From positions 1,533,635 through 1,597,634 of the forward strand of contig NMRA01000005.1 of NCBI GenBank assembly GCA_002633005.1: a stretch of 64,000 nucleotides of DNA. The letters are read 5' to 3'. Shown here one piece after another: positions 38,991 through 52,745 of the stretch. Position 1 is the stretch's first letter; the number at the start of each line of letters is the position of its first letter. A model generated the notes under the pieces. It was not told the origin of the DNA, searched no databases, and saw nothing but the letters and a program-made list of their open reading frames with translations. This stretch comes from Phoronis australis (lineage: Eukaryota > Animalia > Phoronida). The position numbers were made by a program, and so were the translations under genes.

Positions 38991-40366
38991 GGTTTTTAAA
39001 TAATCACCATGAACTCCAATAATAAACTTTCAAAGACAAGTGACTGTGTAGACTCGATCCGACACGTGCTCTGTAATGAAACCTTGGACAAATGTAGTAT
39101 TGAAACAAATGCTCACATGTTACATAACGTTAAACTCGATAGTTGTTTTGTTGTAAATTACATAAAAAATTAATTGTGCCACAGTAACAATTTACATGTT
39201 TAACACGTCTTCACGTGATGTGGCCAACATATGACCTGTGTGAAGACATATGAATACAGTGCCTTCAACAATTTGCTTCTCAATATAAATGAGCTTCCCA
39301 GGTTGTACACGTGCGTCTGTTGATGATAATTTTGCTTTTAAGACTCGTTTTAATAGGTTAAATAGAAAAACTCGCGCATACAGTTGTACAAATTTACTTT
39401 ACTATTTTGACAGATTTATAGCAACACTTCACATATCACTTTTGGCTATGGATATTCTCATGCTAGGACCGGTAGGGTTCGCTTTAATCACGGGCGGGTA
39501 GAGCCTGATAGTGGGGGGAACCACGAGTTTCTGAATCGAAAGTTGACAGACAGGAAACAAATAACACCGACCTATCCGTTTGAGAGCCACAACCCCTAAG
39601 GCAAATCTCTGTTCACGAATCAAGACTGACGTACGACCTGCATCTAACTTCGTCGTAGCCCCCATGCGGTTTAGTTTTTGAAAGTTTCCATTCATATGCA
39701 ATGCCCTCGAAGATCTCTCCCGTTTATTCACTGTAAGATGACATGTGGTACCATTTTCCATTGAGAACACACTTTTGGTATTCAGTATCTCTAAAAGGCG
39801 AGTTTATTGATCTGGATTGTGTAATGACGTGGTTACCTGGTTGTTGCACTTCGATTACTTGGTGTGCTCGTAGTTCATTGGAAAGCTCAATAACCCCTCC
39901 TAGGAAGTAATAGCATGACCCTTGAATGTTTCCCTTTGAGTGGGTCGGCCTGCTGTTTCAGATTGCGGCCATTTCCTTGAAAGCGCGCACCGTGAGGAGA
40001 TGATGTCTTACCCGATACATGAAGGACGATACAGGTGCGTAACTTCTGTCATTAATTACATTTTTGTCTTGCTGATTGCTGTTACAGTTCTCCACCTGTG
40101 GCAACTGTTTGGTGTACAGGTAGTTGTAATACGTATATGTTTTAAGTGTCGGCTGTATTTTACAGTAGTTGTATGCTTTGGGTTATACTAATACATTAGT
40201 GTTCGGGTCGTGATGACGCACATTTATTCAAATGGATATTCACTGAGAAGACTGGCTTTAAGAGAAGAACTGCTGGCCGTGTAAATATTCTGAAGATACA
40301 TTTGAATTTATGTATTTCTGTATGAGTAAGCAAAGCCTACGATGTACAATAAGTGATATTATTTGA

Positions 40367-40367
<1 letters not shown>

Positions 40368-40404
<37 letters not shown>

Positions 40405-40409
40405 TATTA
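40368..40409 (+). repeat. (TTA)n microsatellite, tail of a short insertion
   Basis: Near-pure TTA run at the end of a ~170-bp segment absent from the other units. Confidence 0.9.
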
Positions 40410-40534
40410 AATGGATATATTTATCCATCTATCAAATGTATTATCATTAGCTTGCACTAGACGTTTGTTACTTGACTTGCTGAATTTAACGCTCTTTCTA
40501 ATCCCGACTAACAATTGTACTAACATACTAACTA

Positions 40535-41221
40535 GGGCCCTATCATGCGTCCCGTTTTATGGACTCCGGATCCTATCTGTCCCGGGTTTTTGTGTCCCGG
40601 TGTTTTGCGTAATAGTCCAGACGCTAAGCGGACGAGTGTGCAAGTTTTAGCAACACTTGCCATTTAGGCCCACATGACAGTTGTCAGGTGCTTTTCGATC
40701 CTGATTTAAGGCATAAGTTCACCAAGTAATAAAGTAACGTGTTATTTTTATGCATTCTCCTTAGATGCATTGGATTCTGGTCGTTGTCAGATAAAGCAAT
40801 GCTCCCTGGAATTTTGGAATGCTAGCCCACTTCTTGAAAATGCGCATTTAGTTTTCGAGATTTCGTCTAGGTCGCAAACGGCGAACTTGGGTATGTTAAT
40901 TTTCTTGGCTCATCGAGCACTGACCAATGACACATAGAAATCGGTGTGAAAGTAGCCATTGTCCCCCTGGAGAAATTGTCCGGCTTGCGTGCATTTGAAT
41001 GAAGCATCCGGCTCATCCACTGATTAACGTGTCAGTACACCGGCATTCAAATACATGCAGCTAGGACATTCTCTGCAGGGAGACAATCACAGCTACAACA
41101 CCAGGACACATAGAACTCCGCCCGATGCAATGAAAACTGGTCATACCGAACCCGGGACACGTACATACATGTATGTAGAATCCCGATATGCACAAAACGG
41201 GAAAACATCAGGATGACCCCC
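40535..41221. mobile_element. MITE inserted in the first array unit (Harbinger-like GGG..CCC ends)
   Basis: Inverted subterminal motifs TCCCGTTTT..TGTCCCGGGTT and AACCCGGGACA..AAAACGGGA; absent from the other units. Confidence 0.55.
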
Positions 41222-44200
41222 AACATATGGATCAGAACAATGGTTCCCGTGATCGATAACTGCCTTGGTAGATTTTTCAATTAATATCAAAGTGTCAACT
41301 TGAAAACAATAGTTGATTTGCCGATTGTCTCTAACTTTCATTACTGCACGTTTTTGTCTATTTGCACGCCATACCCATACATAAACGACAAGCTGCGAAC
41401 CACAGATAACCAAGACGGAAGAAAGTTGGAAGACGAAAATTAAGAAGAAAATATGCACTGTAACAGGGGGTTTATGTGATCTACCGTTGCTTGCGTGTCA
41501 TAATGTATTAGTATAAATAGGGTACATGTCGATACTCCAAAGGTTCACAAGTTCGAACTCTCATAATACCACAAATAAAAAAGGCATTATAAGGCCGAAG
41601 GTTCACAAATCGGATAGAAAGAAAAAACTAGTTAGTTCGAAACTAGTCGGAAGGTCTATGATGCCTGAAACCAGCGCTTCAAAGTCAACGACAGTCAAGC
41701 AGCAAAATGTTGGCGGCGATAAACCATACTTTGAACATGTAAACAACTACAGCAACTCAGTGAATCGTCCAACTTCATGTTTGGATCCCGTTTTGAGAGG
41801 CACAGGCTCTTCGAAGAACTAGTTTCAAGCAGCCGTGTGCAAATAAATCCCTGAACGTTTTGCTCAAAATCACTGTTCGGTACCTAGTGTCATGAAAGTT
41901 CAAATTTATAACCTTCGGTGGGTTTTCGTAATTGTGTGGACAAGTCTTCAGATTTATGGATTTTTAGACATGCAAACCTTGCGACCCATGAATACCTTAA
42001 TTTCATATAAACTCTGTACATATTCTTCTCACTTGAAGTTTTCAATTGAGGTCATATAAGGTTGATCACTTCTTATTGTGGAATTTTTCGCGACTTGGCA
42101 AGTCGTCGAACTAGTGGACTTTGGCTGACTAGTGTACCATTTACCCACGGCACCTGACGTCGCGAGCAGTTACAGTGTACCAAAAGTGCAGAAGGACCAC
42201 TAACACGAATGACACCAAGGCCAAAGATAGGGTGCAGTTCAGCTGTAAATCAGTATCCTGGCAGTTACCGGTTTTGATTACATGTGTGTACTCATTTTAG
42301 CCATGTTTTATTTGGAAAAGCGAAGTGAAAAATCTACTTCAGGAATACGTTTTTATTCAAGTACACGGTTTCACAACTGGTTTCAGTGCAGTCTCTCAAA
42401 TATTGCGTTGGTACATGTAATTGTATAACTGGGAAATCTTGTCAATATAAAATACACTATAGGCTCTCAGTTCGGGTCGCCTGTATTATATTCCTTCTCG
42501 GAAGTTTTAATTGCTGTATTTTTTAAGCAACTTTGTCATTTGTTAAATAGCTGGGCTTTGTTTATCATTAACAGGATACCAAACTCGGTTTTGGCCTACT
42601 TACACATACTAAAAACGACTTTCCCCATCCAGTTCTCTGAAACAAAATAATGCTTTGTAACTTATCGCCAACCCTCAAGAGTCTGGAGGAAATTTTGAAA
42701 ACTTTTAACAAATTCTGCTAAACGGGCAAGCGTGACCTACGCTTTTAGCAGGTTACACAGCACCTTTGGAAAAGGCGACCCGTCAAGGACCACAACGTGC
42801 AATTTATGAGATAGGAAGTATAAGTTTTTTCAGTTGGTTCCTGATTTTATTTTGGAAGATTGACACTAAAGATGCAAAGCAGGTGACAGAAAGTGGATTG
42901 GTTAACTACATCCCTATAAGGTTTATCATCCTTACAGGACCATACAGGACCACGACGTCATGACGGGTTACAGTGCATCAAAAAGTTCCTGCAGCACCAC
43001 TAATACGACTGACAACAGAGTTGAAAAGTGTATTACCGTTCAACTTTCATGAGAAAAAAGCATTTAAAATGTTTTACACTTCAGTTACAAGTTTGTTGAG
43101 ACAGCTTTTTACTTTCCTAACCAAATTTATTTTAATGTATACTTCACAATACGAAATACACTCACCTCGGCTCACGTGTGTTAAATTCGTCCTTGAAGGT
43201 TGATTGGACTTTATTGCCAAGTATGCGATTTTAGATAAATTTTTTACAAAATTAAATATTTTAACTCCTTAAATGTTTATATTATCGGAAACTAGAAACC
43301 CAAATAAAATTTGAAATTTCGGTTTTTACTTGTCTGATATTCATAATGATTGCCTCACAAGAATATTTCCCTTAAGTAAAATTTAGCGAAAAAGAAAAGC
43401 ACAGTAATAGCAAAACAACAGTATCGATAACAAGTTCGAATTTCATTTGATGAAAATGTTCCAAGACGTTATCTTAAAAAACTATTAATGTTCTAAAATA
43501 TCATGATTTTATTTTGAATTCGTTTTGTAAACGGTGTTTAAGTCCTTGGATTTGGAAGTTTTACATAAATCTGGAGAGCTATTTCTGAGATAAAAAACTT
43601 CAAAGTTGGGGAAATGTTCACGATTTTGAAGCTTCAAAGTTAGAGAAATGTTGACGTTTTTTCTATGGTCATACAGGACCTCGCCACAACTGGCAGTGCA
43701 CCCCGGGCCAAGATGTCGCTGAACCACCAACACAAAATGACACAGAGTCGGAAAGGTAAAAATTTCCAGGAGTTGCCTCTTACGTGAGGGCGTGCACCAT
43801 GAGATCCTGCCTTACCCGATACATGAAGGGCGATAGAGGTGTGTAACTTTCGTTATTGATAACATTTTTGTCTGGCTGACACTTTCAGTTACAGTTACCC
43901 ACCTGTGACAAATGTATGGTGTCCAGATAATTGGGTTGTACTCAAGTATTAGTCTTTGGGTTGCGATGACGCACATGTACTTCGAACAGATAAAGCTCTC
44001 CATTCATCATATCTATTACCATTTGCTTGCACTAAGCTTTTGTTACTTGTCTTGCTGGTACATTCGCGTTAACGCTAACACTCTTTTTAATCCCGACTAA
44101 CAATTGCACTAACATACTAACACCAATCCTAACATATCAAGAAATACAGCATGAATAAATCCAAACGACGTTCAAGGTCATAAAATGCATGCTGAGTGGT

Positions 44201-44852
44201 GTTATTTGAATTCCTCTCCAAATGTCAAGATGAAATGGAGCTGAACAGTGGTTCCCGTGATCGATTACTACCGTGGCAGGGATAAGGATTTTGGAATTAA
44301 GTTTCCGAACGGCAAATTGAAAACAATAGTTGATTTATCGATTGTTTGTAAATTTTATTAATGAAAGTTTTCGTTTATTTACTTACCATGCCCACGCCAC
44401 AACGATACGATCCAACCCACGGATAATCAAGACGGAAGAAGAAGTATGGAAGACTGAAAATTAAGAACCGAAGACTAAAATTAAAGAAGGAAACTTAAAG
44501 TAGCATGCAAGTCACAGTGCATTAGTATAAATAAGATGGAGCTCGATACTCCGAAGGTTTGCAAGCCTGAAGGCAAGTTATGTGACATTGAATGATTTTT
44601 TTAAAATACCCTATCAGACAAATAAAAACGTTTCTAAAAACAGCCCTATCAAACTGAAAGTAAAACAACTAATATTCTTTCAGACTTGTGTTAATCTTCG
44701 GATTTATTTATTTGTCGACTTGTAAACTTTCGGAGCCATGAATTCCGTAATTTCATACCTTCCCCCACATTTGTTCTTACTTGTAGTTTTCAATTCAGAT
44801 CACATGGGTTCGTTGTTTCGGGGCGATTAACTTCTTTCGAACCTAATTATAG

Positions 44853-46514
44853 TTTTTATGCTCAAACGTATTTATATGTGGACTCGTTATGCCGTCTATC
44901 TCCGTCCATCCGTTCGGAGTCCGGCGTTCGCTCCAAAACGCCTGGACGTATGTACAGGAAGTTTTGCACATGTGTTTCTTCCGTGGATGGGACGGCATGA
45001 GCGAACTTTCAGGCGGATCCGACTATTGGTGTGACACCTAGTGGCAATTTTAGTTTTTACGTTTACCTCTGTAACTTCAAAAGTCCTGAACGGATTTTCA
45101 TAAAAATTGGTACATAGGCACCTATCAGTAAGATGAGGCTAATCTTCCGTTTTCAGATGGATTCGACATAGTTTGCGCCACCTAGTGGCCATGTTTTGGT
45201 GTTTTTGGGTTTTGTTTTTTGCGTCCACCCCTCTATCAACCAAACCGCTCAAAGGATGATTGTGAAAATTGCCATGCATGACGATGATTTTCCGACGACT
45301 TCGACTACTATGGCGCCTCCTAGTGGCAGTTATTTTGCGCCTATGGCTGCATGTCCTAAACCGTTCGCAGGATCTTTAATAAATTTAGTAATTGTATCTA
45401 TGTGATGTTGACGACGGAAGACAACGACTTTCGGACAGATATCTGACTACTGGTGTGCCACCTACTGGCAATTTTATTTTTTTACGTTTACCCCTGTGTG
45501 TTCAAACGCCCTCAACGTATTTTCATAAAATTTGGCATACACGCATCTGTTAATTAAGTGACGCTATCTCTCACTTTTCAGATGGATTCAACCTAGTTTG
45601 CGCCATCTAGTGGCCATTTTTACTGTTTTCGAGTCTGTTTTTGGCGTCCAGTCATCTATCAACGAAACCGCTTTCAGGGTAATTGTGAAAATTGGCATGT
45701 ATATTTTTACTATAAAGTGGACGGCCGACGATGATTTTCCGTCGACTTTGACTACTGTGGCGCCTCCTAGTGGCACTTTTGTTTTTTTGCGTTCATGACT
45801 GTATCTCCTAAACCGTTTGCAGGATCTTTACTTAATTTAGCGAGTGTACGAGCGGACAACGCCGACTTTCGGACGGATCTGACTACTGGTGTGCCCCCTA
45901 GTGGCAATTTTAGTTTTTTTACGTTTACCAGTCTGTACCTTCAAAGGTCCTCAACAGATTTTCATAAAGTTGTGAATATAGGCATCTATGTTTTTGGATG
46001 GAATTGAGGTATTTTGCGCGACCTAGTGGCCATTTTTGCCGTTTTCAAATCTTGTTTTTGGCGTTCACCCCTGCATGGACAAAATCATTCTAGGGATAGT
46101 TTTGAAAATTGGCGTATATGGTTTTAGTGCGAACAGGACGTTTGATGATGGCGCCTCCTAGTGGTAGTTATGTTTTGTTTTGCGACCATAGCTATATCTC
46201 TTAAACCCACTTCAGGATCTTTTTTAAATTTAGTAAGTGTATTCCTATGAAGATAACAACAGAAGACGACTTTCAGGCGGATCCAACGAACGCTGTGCCC
46301 ACAAGTGGCAATTTCATGTTATTATGTTTTCCTTTGTTTCTCTGAAGTTCCTTGACAGATTTTTATGAAATGTGGCATGTTCCCGTTTTTGGATGGATTG
46401 TACGTTTTTGCGCCATCTAGTGGCCATTTTTATGATACAAATAAATAACCCTAAAAGCACACCATTTGCGATGCATTCGTGGGCGCATTTGAACGCTCCG
46501 CGTTGCTCTTGTTT
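44853..46514 (+). mobile_element. Helentron-associated (HINE/DINE/pearl-like) element with an internal tandem array
   Basis: Inserted in a T-run without a TSD; 5' (GTCC)-like microsatellite; ~11 internal ~140-bp repeats in a ~430-bp trimer; ends in ..GCTCTTGTTT. Confidence 0.65.
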
Positions 46515-48077
46515 AGGGACTTGTTCTTTCGTCAAACTACTGGCTGACCAGTATACCATTAACATGAGAGATTTTACAAAAATCTGAAAACTGCTATTTC
46601 TAAGATATAAACAAGAGAAATGTGGACACTTTCTAGGGCCACGCAGCATCCGAAGTAACAGGACGCTGTCTTTGCTACCACTGGCAGTGAACAAAAATGT
46701 CACTGAACCGTCACCATGTAATGACACCAGAAGAGAAAAAGTAAAAATCCAGGAAACTGCCTCTTCCTTGAGGGCGTACGTCATGAGATGCTGTCTTACC
46801 CGATACACAAGGTACGACTGAGGTGCGTTACTTTCGTTATTGATAACATTTTGGACTGGCTGTCACGTGCAGTTACCGTTCTCCAGCTGTTACAACAGTC
46901 TGCTGCCCAGGTCGTTGAAATACATTTCTAGTGTTAGCTGTATTTTAGTTGTACTTTGGGTTCTCCTCATATATCAATGCTTTGGCCGTGATGATGCTCA
47001 TTTATTCCAATAGATAGACTGTAGATCTGTCCATCTATCAATTGTAGTTTCATTCGCTTGGACTAGAAGTTTGTTGCTTTTCTTGCTTGTGCATTAACGT
47101 TGATGCAAACACACATTCTAATCCCGCCAACAATTCCAATTAAATATTAATACCAGTCCTAACAAACCTAAAAACATCACCAATTAATCCAACTGACGTT
47201 CGAAGTCACAAAATGTATGCTGAATGTCACTATTTGAATTCCTGTGGTTCCCGGTATCAATTTCTGGCGGAGTAAGGACAAGGATTTTCAATTGATCTGC
47301 GTGTGAGAAATTGAAAACAGTTGATTTGGCGATTGTTTGTAAATTTTTTCAATACTCGTTTTGTGTGTTTACACGCATTACCCATACCTCAGCAATACGC
47401 TGCGATCCTCGAATAACCAAAACGGACAAAGCAGTTCCTCAGACGAAAATTATGAAGGTAAACTATTGTTGCTTGGGTTTCATACTGCATTAAATAGGGT
47501 GAAGCTCAATACCTTTAAGGTTTTCAAATCTGCCCATTATACGACAAACGAAAATGTTTACAAAAAGCACTATCGGGCCGCAGGTTCACAAACTCGACAA
47601 AAAGCTTATTAGTTCGAAAACAGTTCGACAATTAAAGAAACCAGAAGCCAGTGATTCCAATTTCTACGACAGAGGAGCAACAAAATTTTAGTGGCTGTAT
47701 TCCAAAAATTGAAAATGTTAATAAAAGCGACAGTTCAGTGCACTTTGTCAAACTTTGTTTGGATGCTTTACCAAGGCACTGGCTCTTGGAAGAATTGGTT
47801 CCAGGGAGGCACGTGCTTACAAATCTCCAAACATTTTGTTCGAAATCACTGTTCAGAACCTCGTAACATGAAATTTCGAACTTTTAGCTTTCGAACTAAT
47901 GGTCTCTCGGACTTGTGAGGATATTTGAATTGATGGATTTGTTTACTTGCAAACCTTTGGAGTCATGAATACCGCAATTTCATAATTTTGGCCCACACTT
48001 TTTTACTTGAAATTTTCAATTCAGATCATATCATTTCATTTTTTCTAGGGGGTTGACTTCCTTTTAACATAATTGTA

Positions 48078-48235
48078 CAGTCTATAGCACACTCTTGACA
48101 AAGAGCTCATCGCTCGAAACGTGGGGATATTTTAATATATTTTAGTACTGACGCTCGTCGTTTTAGTTTTACTATTTTATATTGTTATCCGTCGGTAACT
48201 GCACGGCATTTCAACATCTATTTGATAAAATTTTT
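48078..48235 (+). mobile_element. Penelope-like terminal repeat fragment
   Basis: CTTGACAAAGAGC-TCATC-GCTCGAAACG (hammerhead-like stem II plus GAAAC) followed by an AT-rich tail; absent from the other units. Confidence 0.45.
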
Positions 48236-51200
48236 CTAAGCCTTTTAGATACTTGGCCTTTCGTCAAACTATTTGACATTAGCTGACTAGTACACCATCA
48301 ACATGCGAGATCTGACATTGGGAACAGTGACATTATACCAAAATTTCTGTAGGACCACTGACAAGAATCACACCAGATGCAAAAGGTATGTTTTCGTCTA
48401 TTTACACGCCATACCCATAACCATACCCCAAAGATAACCTGCGACCTTCGTTAAACCAAAACGAAAAAAGAAAGATTTAAGACGAAAATTATGAAGGTAA
48501 AGTATCGTTGCATGGATTTCATACTGCGGTGTACAGCTCAATACCTTGAAGGTTTTCAAATCAGTGGCCATAATGCAACAAATGAAAATTTATTGAAAAA
48601 GCCCTATCAGCCTGAATTTTCGCAAATTCGACAAAAAAACTTTTTAGTGCGAAAATAGTTCGACGATCTGAGAGACGAGAAGTCAGTGATTGAAAGTTCA
48701 TGACAAAGGAGCGGCAAAATTTTAGAGGCGGAAAACCAAAACTTGAAAATTGAAATAAAAGCGACAGTTCAGTACACATTGCCAAACGTTGTTTGGATAC
48801 ATGTACTTTACCAAGGCACTGGCTGTTCGAAGAAGTCGTTTTAAGAAGCCAAGTGCTTACAACTCTCCAAACATTTGGCTCGAAATCACTGTTCAAAATG
48901 TCTCGTGACAGGAAAATTCGAACCTTTTGTTTTCAAACTAATGGTCTTTCGGGCTTGTATTGATGGGTGTATTTATTTGTTTGTCTTTGAAAACGAGGAA
49001 TATCGGCATTTCATAACTTTACCCCACACTTTCTCACTTGTAGTTTTCAGTTCAGATCATGATTTCATTGTTTCCAAGGGTTGACTTCCTTTTATCATTA
49101 TTTTAGGTCTTTTAGGTACTTGGCCTTTCGTCGAACTATTTGAATTTGGCTGACCAGTATACCATTAACATGCGAGATCTGACATTGCGATCAATGACAA
49201 TATACCAAAAGTACTGCAGGACCACTGACACGAATCGCACAAGAGTCAAGGTTCCGTTAACTTGTAAACATCATAGAAGCTTCTTGGTTTTACTACAAGT
49301 TTGTGCTCCTGTGTGTCATCAAAACATGACTGACATTTTTTCGATATGGAAAAGGGAAGTGTAAAATCTACTAACCAGTCATTCAGGCATATGTCTTTTA
49401 ATGCACAATGACTCACATCTAGTTTCAAGGCATGTTCTCTTAAAAACCATTAAAAGCTAGCAAAAACCGAAGACCCATTGTTAATTAAACAACAGTGTCA
49501 AAACATGATCGAAAATCATTTGATGAAAAGTTTCGAGAAGTGATCTCCGAAACAATGTTGATGTTCTAAATTGTGATTATTGCACTTTCGTTTTGTGAAA
49601 GACGTTTAAATCGTAGTATGTGAACGTTTTACATAAATCTGAACTGGTATTTCTGAGATAGCAACCTTTGAATATGGAGAAATGTAGACGCTCTTTCTAG
49701 GGTCATACAGGATCTGAACTAGAAGGATGTTGACCACGCCACCACTGGCGACGGACTAAAGATGTCGCTGAACCACCAACTCAAAACGACACCAGAGTCG
49801 GAAAAATCAAAAATTCCGGAAATTGCCTCTTCCATCAGGACGTGCGCCATAAGATGCTATCTTATCCAAAATACAAAAGACGATAAAGGTGTGTAAATTT
49901 CGTTATTAAAACGTTTTGGACTTGCTGATAAGTGCAGTTACAGTTCTCCACCTGTGACAACTGTGTGGTTTCCAGGTGGCTGTAAAATATTTTAAGTGTT
50001 GGCTGGTTTTTAATTGCACGATGGGTTATTCTAAGGTATAAAAGCTTAGGCCGTGATGACACACTTTTAATCCCATGGACAGATCTGCCCATTTATCAAT
50101 GGTATTACCATTCGCTTGGACTAGGGGTTTGTTACTTTTCTTGCATATGGATTTGCGTTAACTCTAACGCACTTTCCAATCCCGCCCAACAAAGCATTAA
50201 ATATACAATACAAGCCCTAACATACGAAGACATACATCACAAATTAATCTAAATGGCGTTCAAGGTCGCAAAAGTCATGCTGAATGGAATATTTGAATCC
50301 CTGTGCCGATGCAGAAGCAAGATGAAGCTGAGCAGTGCTTCCCGTGGTCGATTCCTGCCGGCGTAGGAAGAAAGATTTTTTCAATTGATCTGCGTACGGC
50401 AAATTGATAGCAATTGATAGGTCGATTGTTTGTAGATTTTATCAATACACCTTTTTTCCTATTTACACGCCATACCCATACCCAAAGTTAACCTTCGTTT
50501 AACCAAAACGAAAGAAGAAAGATTTAACACGAAAATTATAAAGCTAAAGTATCGTTACTTGGATTTCATACTGCAATGTGTACAGCTCAATACCTTGAAC
50601 GTTCTCAAATCCCTACCCATAATATAACAAATGAAAGCATTTTTAAAAGGGTGCTATTAGGCCGAAGGTTCACAATTTCCAGAAAAAGCTTATTAGTTCT
50701 AAAACAGTTTGACAAGGACAAGGTCTTTTCAATAGATGTGCGTGTGGTTAATTGAAAACAGCCGATTTTTTGATTATTTGTAAATTTTATCAATGCATGT
50801 TTTGTCTATTTACACGCCACACCCAAGCCCCAACAATACCCCCATGACCCTCGGGATAACCAAAACGAATTCCGAAAGATTTAAGGTGCAACTTATGAAG
50901 GTAAACTATCATTGCTTGCGTTTGATATTGCATTTACTATAAATAGTGTACAGCTCAATATGTTGAAGGTCGTCAAATCAGTACCCGTAATACGTTAAAC
51001 GAAAACGCTTTTAAAAAGGCCATATCAAATTGCTAGTTGAAAATCGGCTTCAGTAACTTAATCGAAGTTTATTTGGTGAAAAGTTTCGAGATGTGATCTC
51101 AGAGACACCGTTGATGTCATAACATATGATCATTTCATTTTTGTTTCGCGAACGGAGTATAAATCGCAGCATTTGAAAGATTTACCTAAATCTGAACTGC

Positions 51201-51818
51201 TATTTCTGTACGTTTTTCTAGGGTCATACAGGATCTTAACCAGCAGGACCCTGGCCTGCCCCTCACTGTCAACGAACCAAAGATAGCATTGAACCATCAC
51301 CTTAAAATGACACCAGAATCGAAAAGGTAAGAAATCCCGAAAATTGCCTCTTTTTTGAGGGCGTACACCATGAGATAGTATCAAGGTTCCGTTCACTTGT
51401 AAATATCATAGAATCTTCTGGTTTTTACTAAACGTTTTTACTCCTGTAAATCATCAAAATATGACCGACACTTCTTTGATTTGGAAAATGGAAATGAAAA
51501 ATTTAGTCCCCATTCATTCAGGCATCTGACTTTATTGATGTACACTGTTTCACACCTCATTTCAGGGCACAGTTTCTCAAAAACCATAGAATTTAGCACA
51601 AAAAACAAGCGCACATTGATAGTAAGGCAACGGCATTAACAACAACACCGAATTTCATATGAAGAAAATGACCCAGATGTAAAATACAGTTAGTGCTCTA
51701 AAATATGAGCATTTCATTTTCATTTTGTAAACGGTATTTATATCATAGAAATGAAATTTTACATAAATTTGAACACCTATTTCTGATACGAAGCTTTAAA
51801 GTTAGAGAAATGTAGAAG

Positions 51819-52745
51819 TTTTTATTCGCGCGCATATTTATATGTGAGTGTTTGTCATCTCTGCCTGCCCGGTTGTCCGGGCGTCCGGGATACGCGTCCA
51901 CAGCTGTATCTCTTAAATCCTCACAGGACCTTGATGAGATTTGGCAGATGTGCTTCTATAAGGCTGACGACAGTTGACGACGAATTTCGTACGGATCCGC
52001 CTACCGGTGGCATTTTTTTCGTTTATCTCTGTTTCTTCAAAGGTCATCGGATTTTCATAAAACTTTGCTCATGGGCCAATAAGATGACGCTATCCTCTCG
52101 TTTTCGGAAGACACCTAATGGCAAATTTTACTGCCCTCGAGCATATTTTTGGCGCCTACCCCTCCATCAATCAAACCACTCTAAGGATGATTGTGAAAAT
52201 TGGAATATAATTATGTTCTTACTGTGAAGAAGGCAGCTGACAACGGCTTTCCGACGATTTCGACTACCGTGACACCTCCTAGTGGCATTTTCCTTTGATT
52301 TTGCTCCCAGCCCATGGCTCTGCAAGATATTTATTAGATTTAGCAAATAACTTTATATTAAGTTGACAACGGATGACGATTTCCGGACGGATTGGACTAC
52401 CGGTGTGCCTCCTAGTGGAAAGTTATTTTTTTAAAAGTTTACTTAAAGTCTGTATATTAAAAGGTTCTTTGACGGATTTTCATAAAATTTGGCAGATAGG
52501 CATATATTAGTGAAGGGGTGCCTATCTTTCATTTCCGGATGGATTGGGAGTATTTTCTGGCGCCTAGCGGCTATTTTTTACTGTTTTCGAGTCTTTGTGG
52601 CGTCCGTCCCTCTGTCAAGCAAACCACTTCATGGATGATTTTAAAAATTGGCATACATGTTTTTACTGTAAAAAGGTCTACTGACGGTCTTGTTCCGACA
52701 AAATTGACTAATGTGGCGCTTCTTGGTGGCAAATCGAAAAATTTT
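51819..52745 (+). mobile_element. Second, 3'-truncated HINE-like element of the same family
   Basis: TTTTTAT..TATTTATATGTG start, GTCC-like repeats, and internal units homologous to 44853-46514. Confidence 0.65.

Noticed and set aside
42420-43372. ~950-bp unit-specific insertion ending in CCCTTAA
   Set aside because: Clearly foreign to the unit, but no matching left TIR or coding relic was found, so it is left unclassified.
44853-46514. CRISPR-like repeat-spacer appearance of the CCTAGTGG motifs
   Set aside because: The spacers are homologous to each other, the period is ~140 bp, the context is eukaryotic and there are no cas genes.
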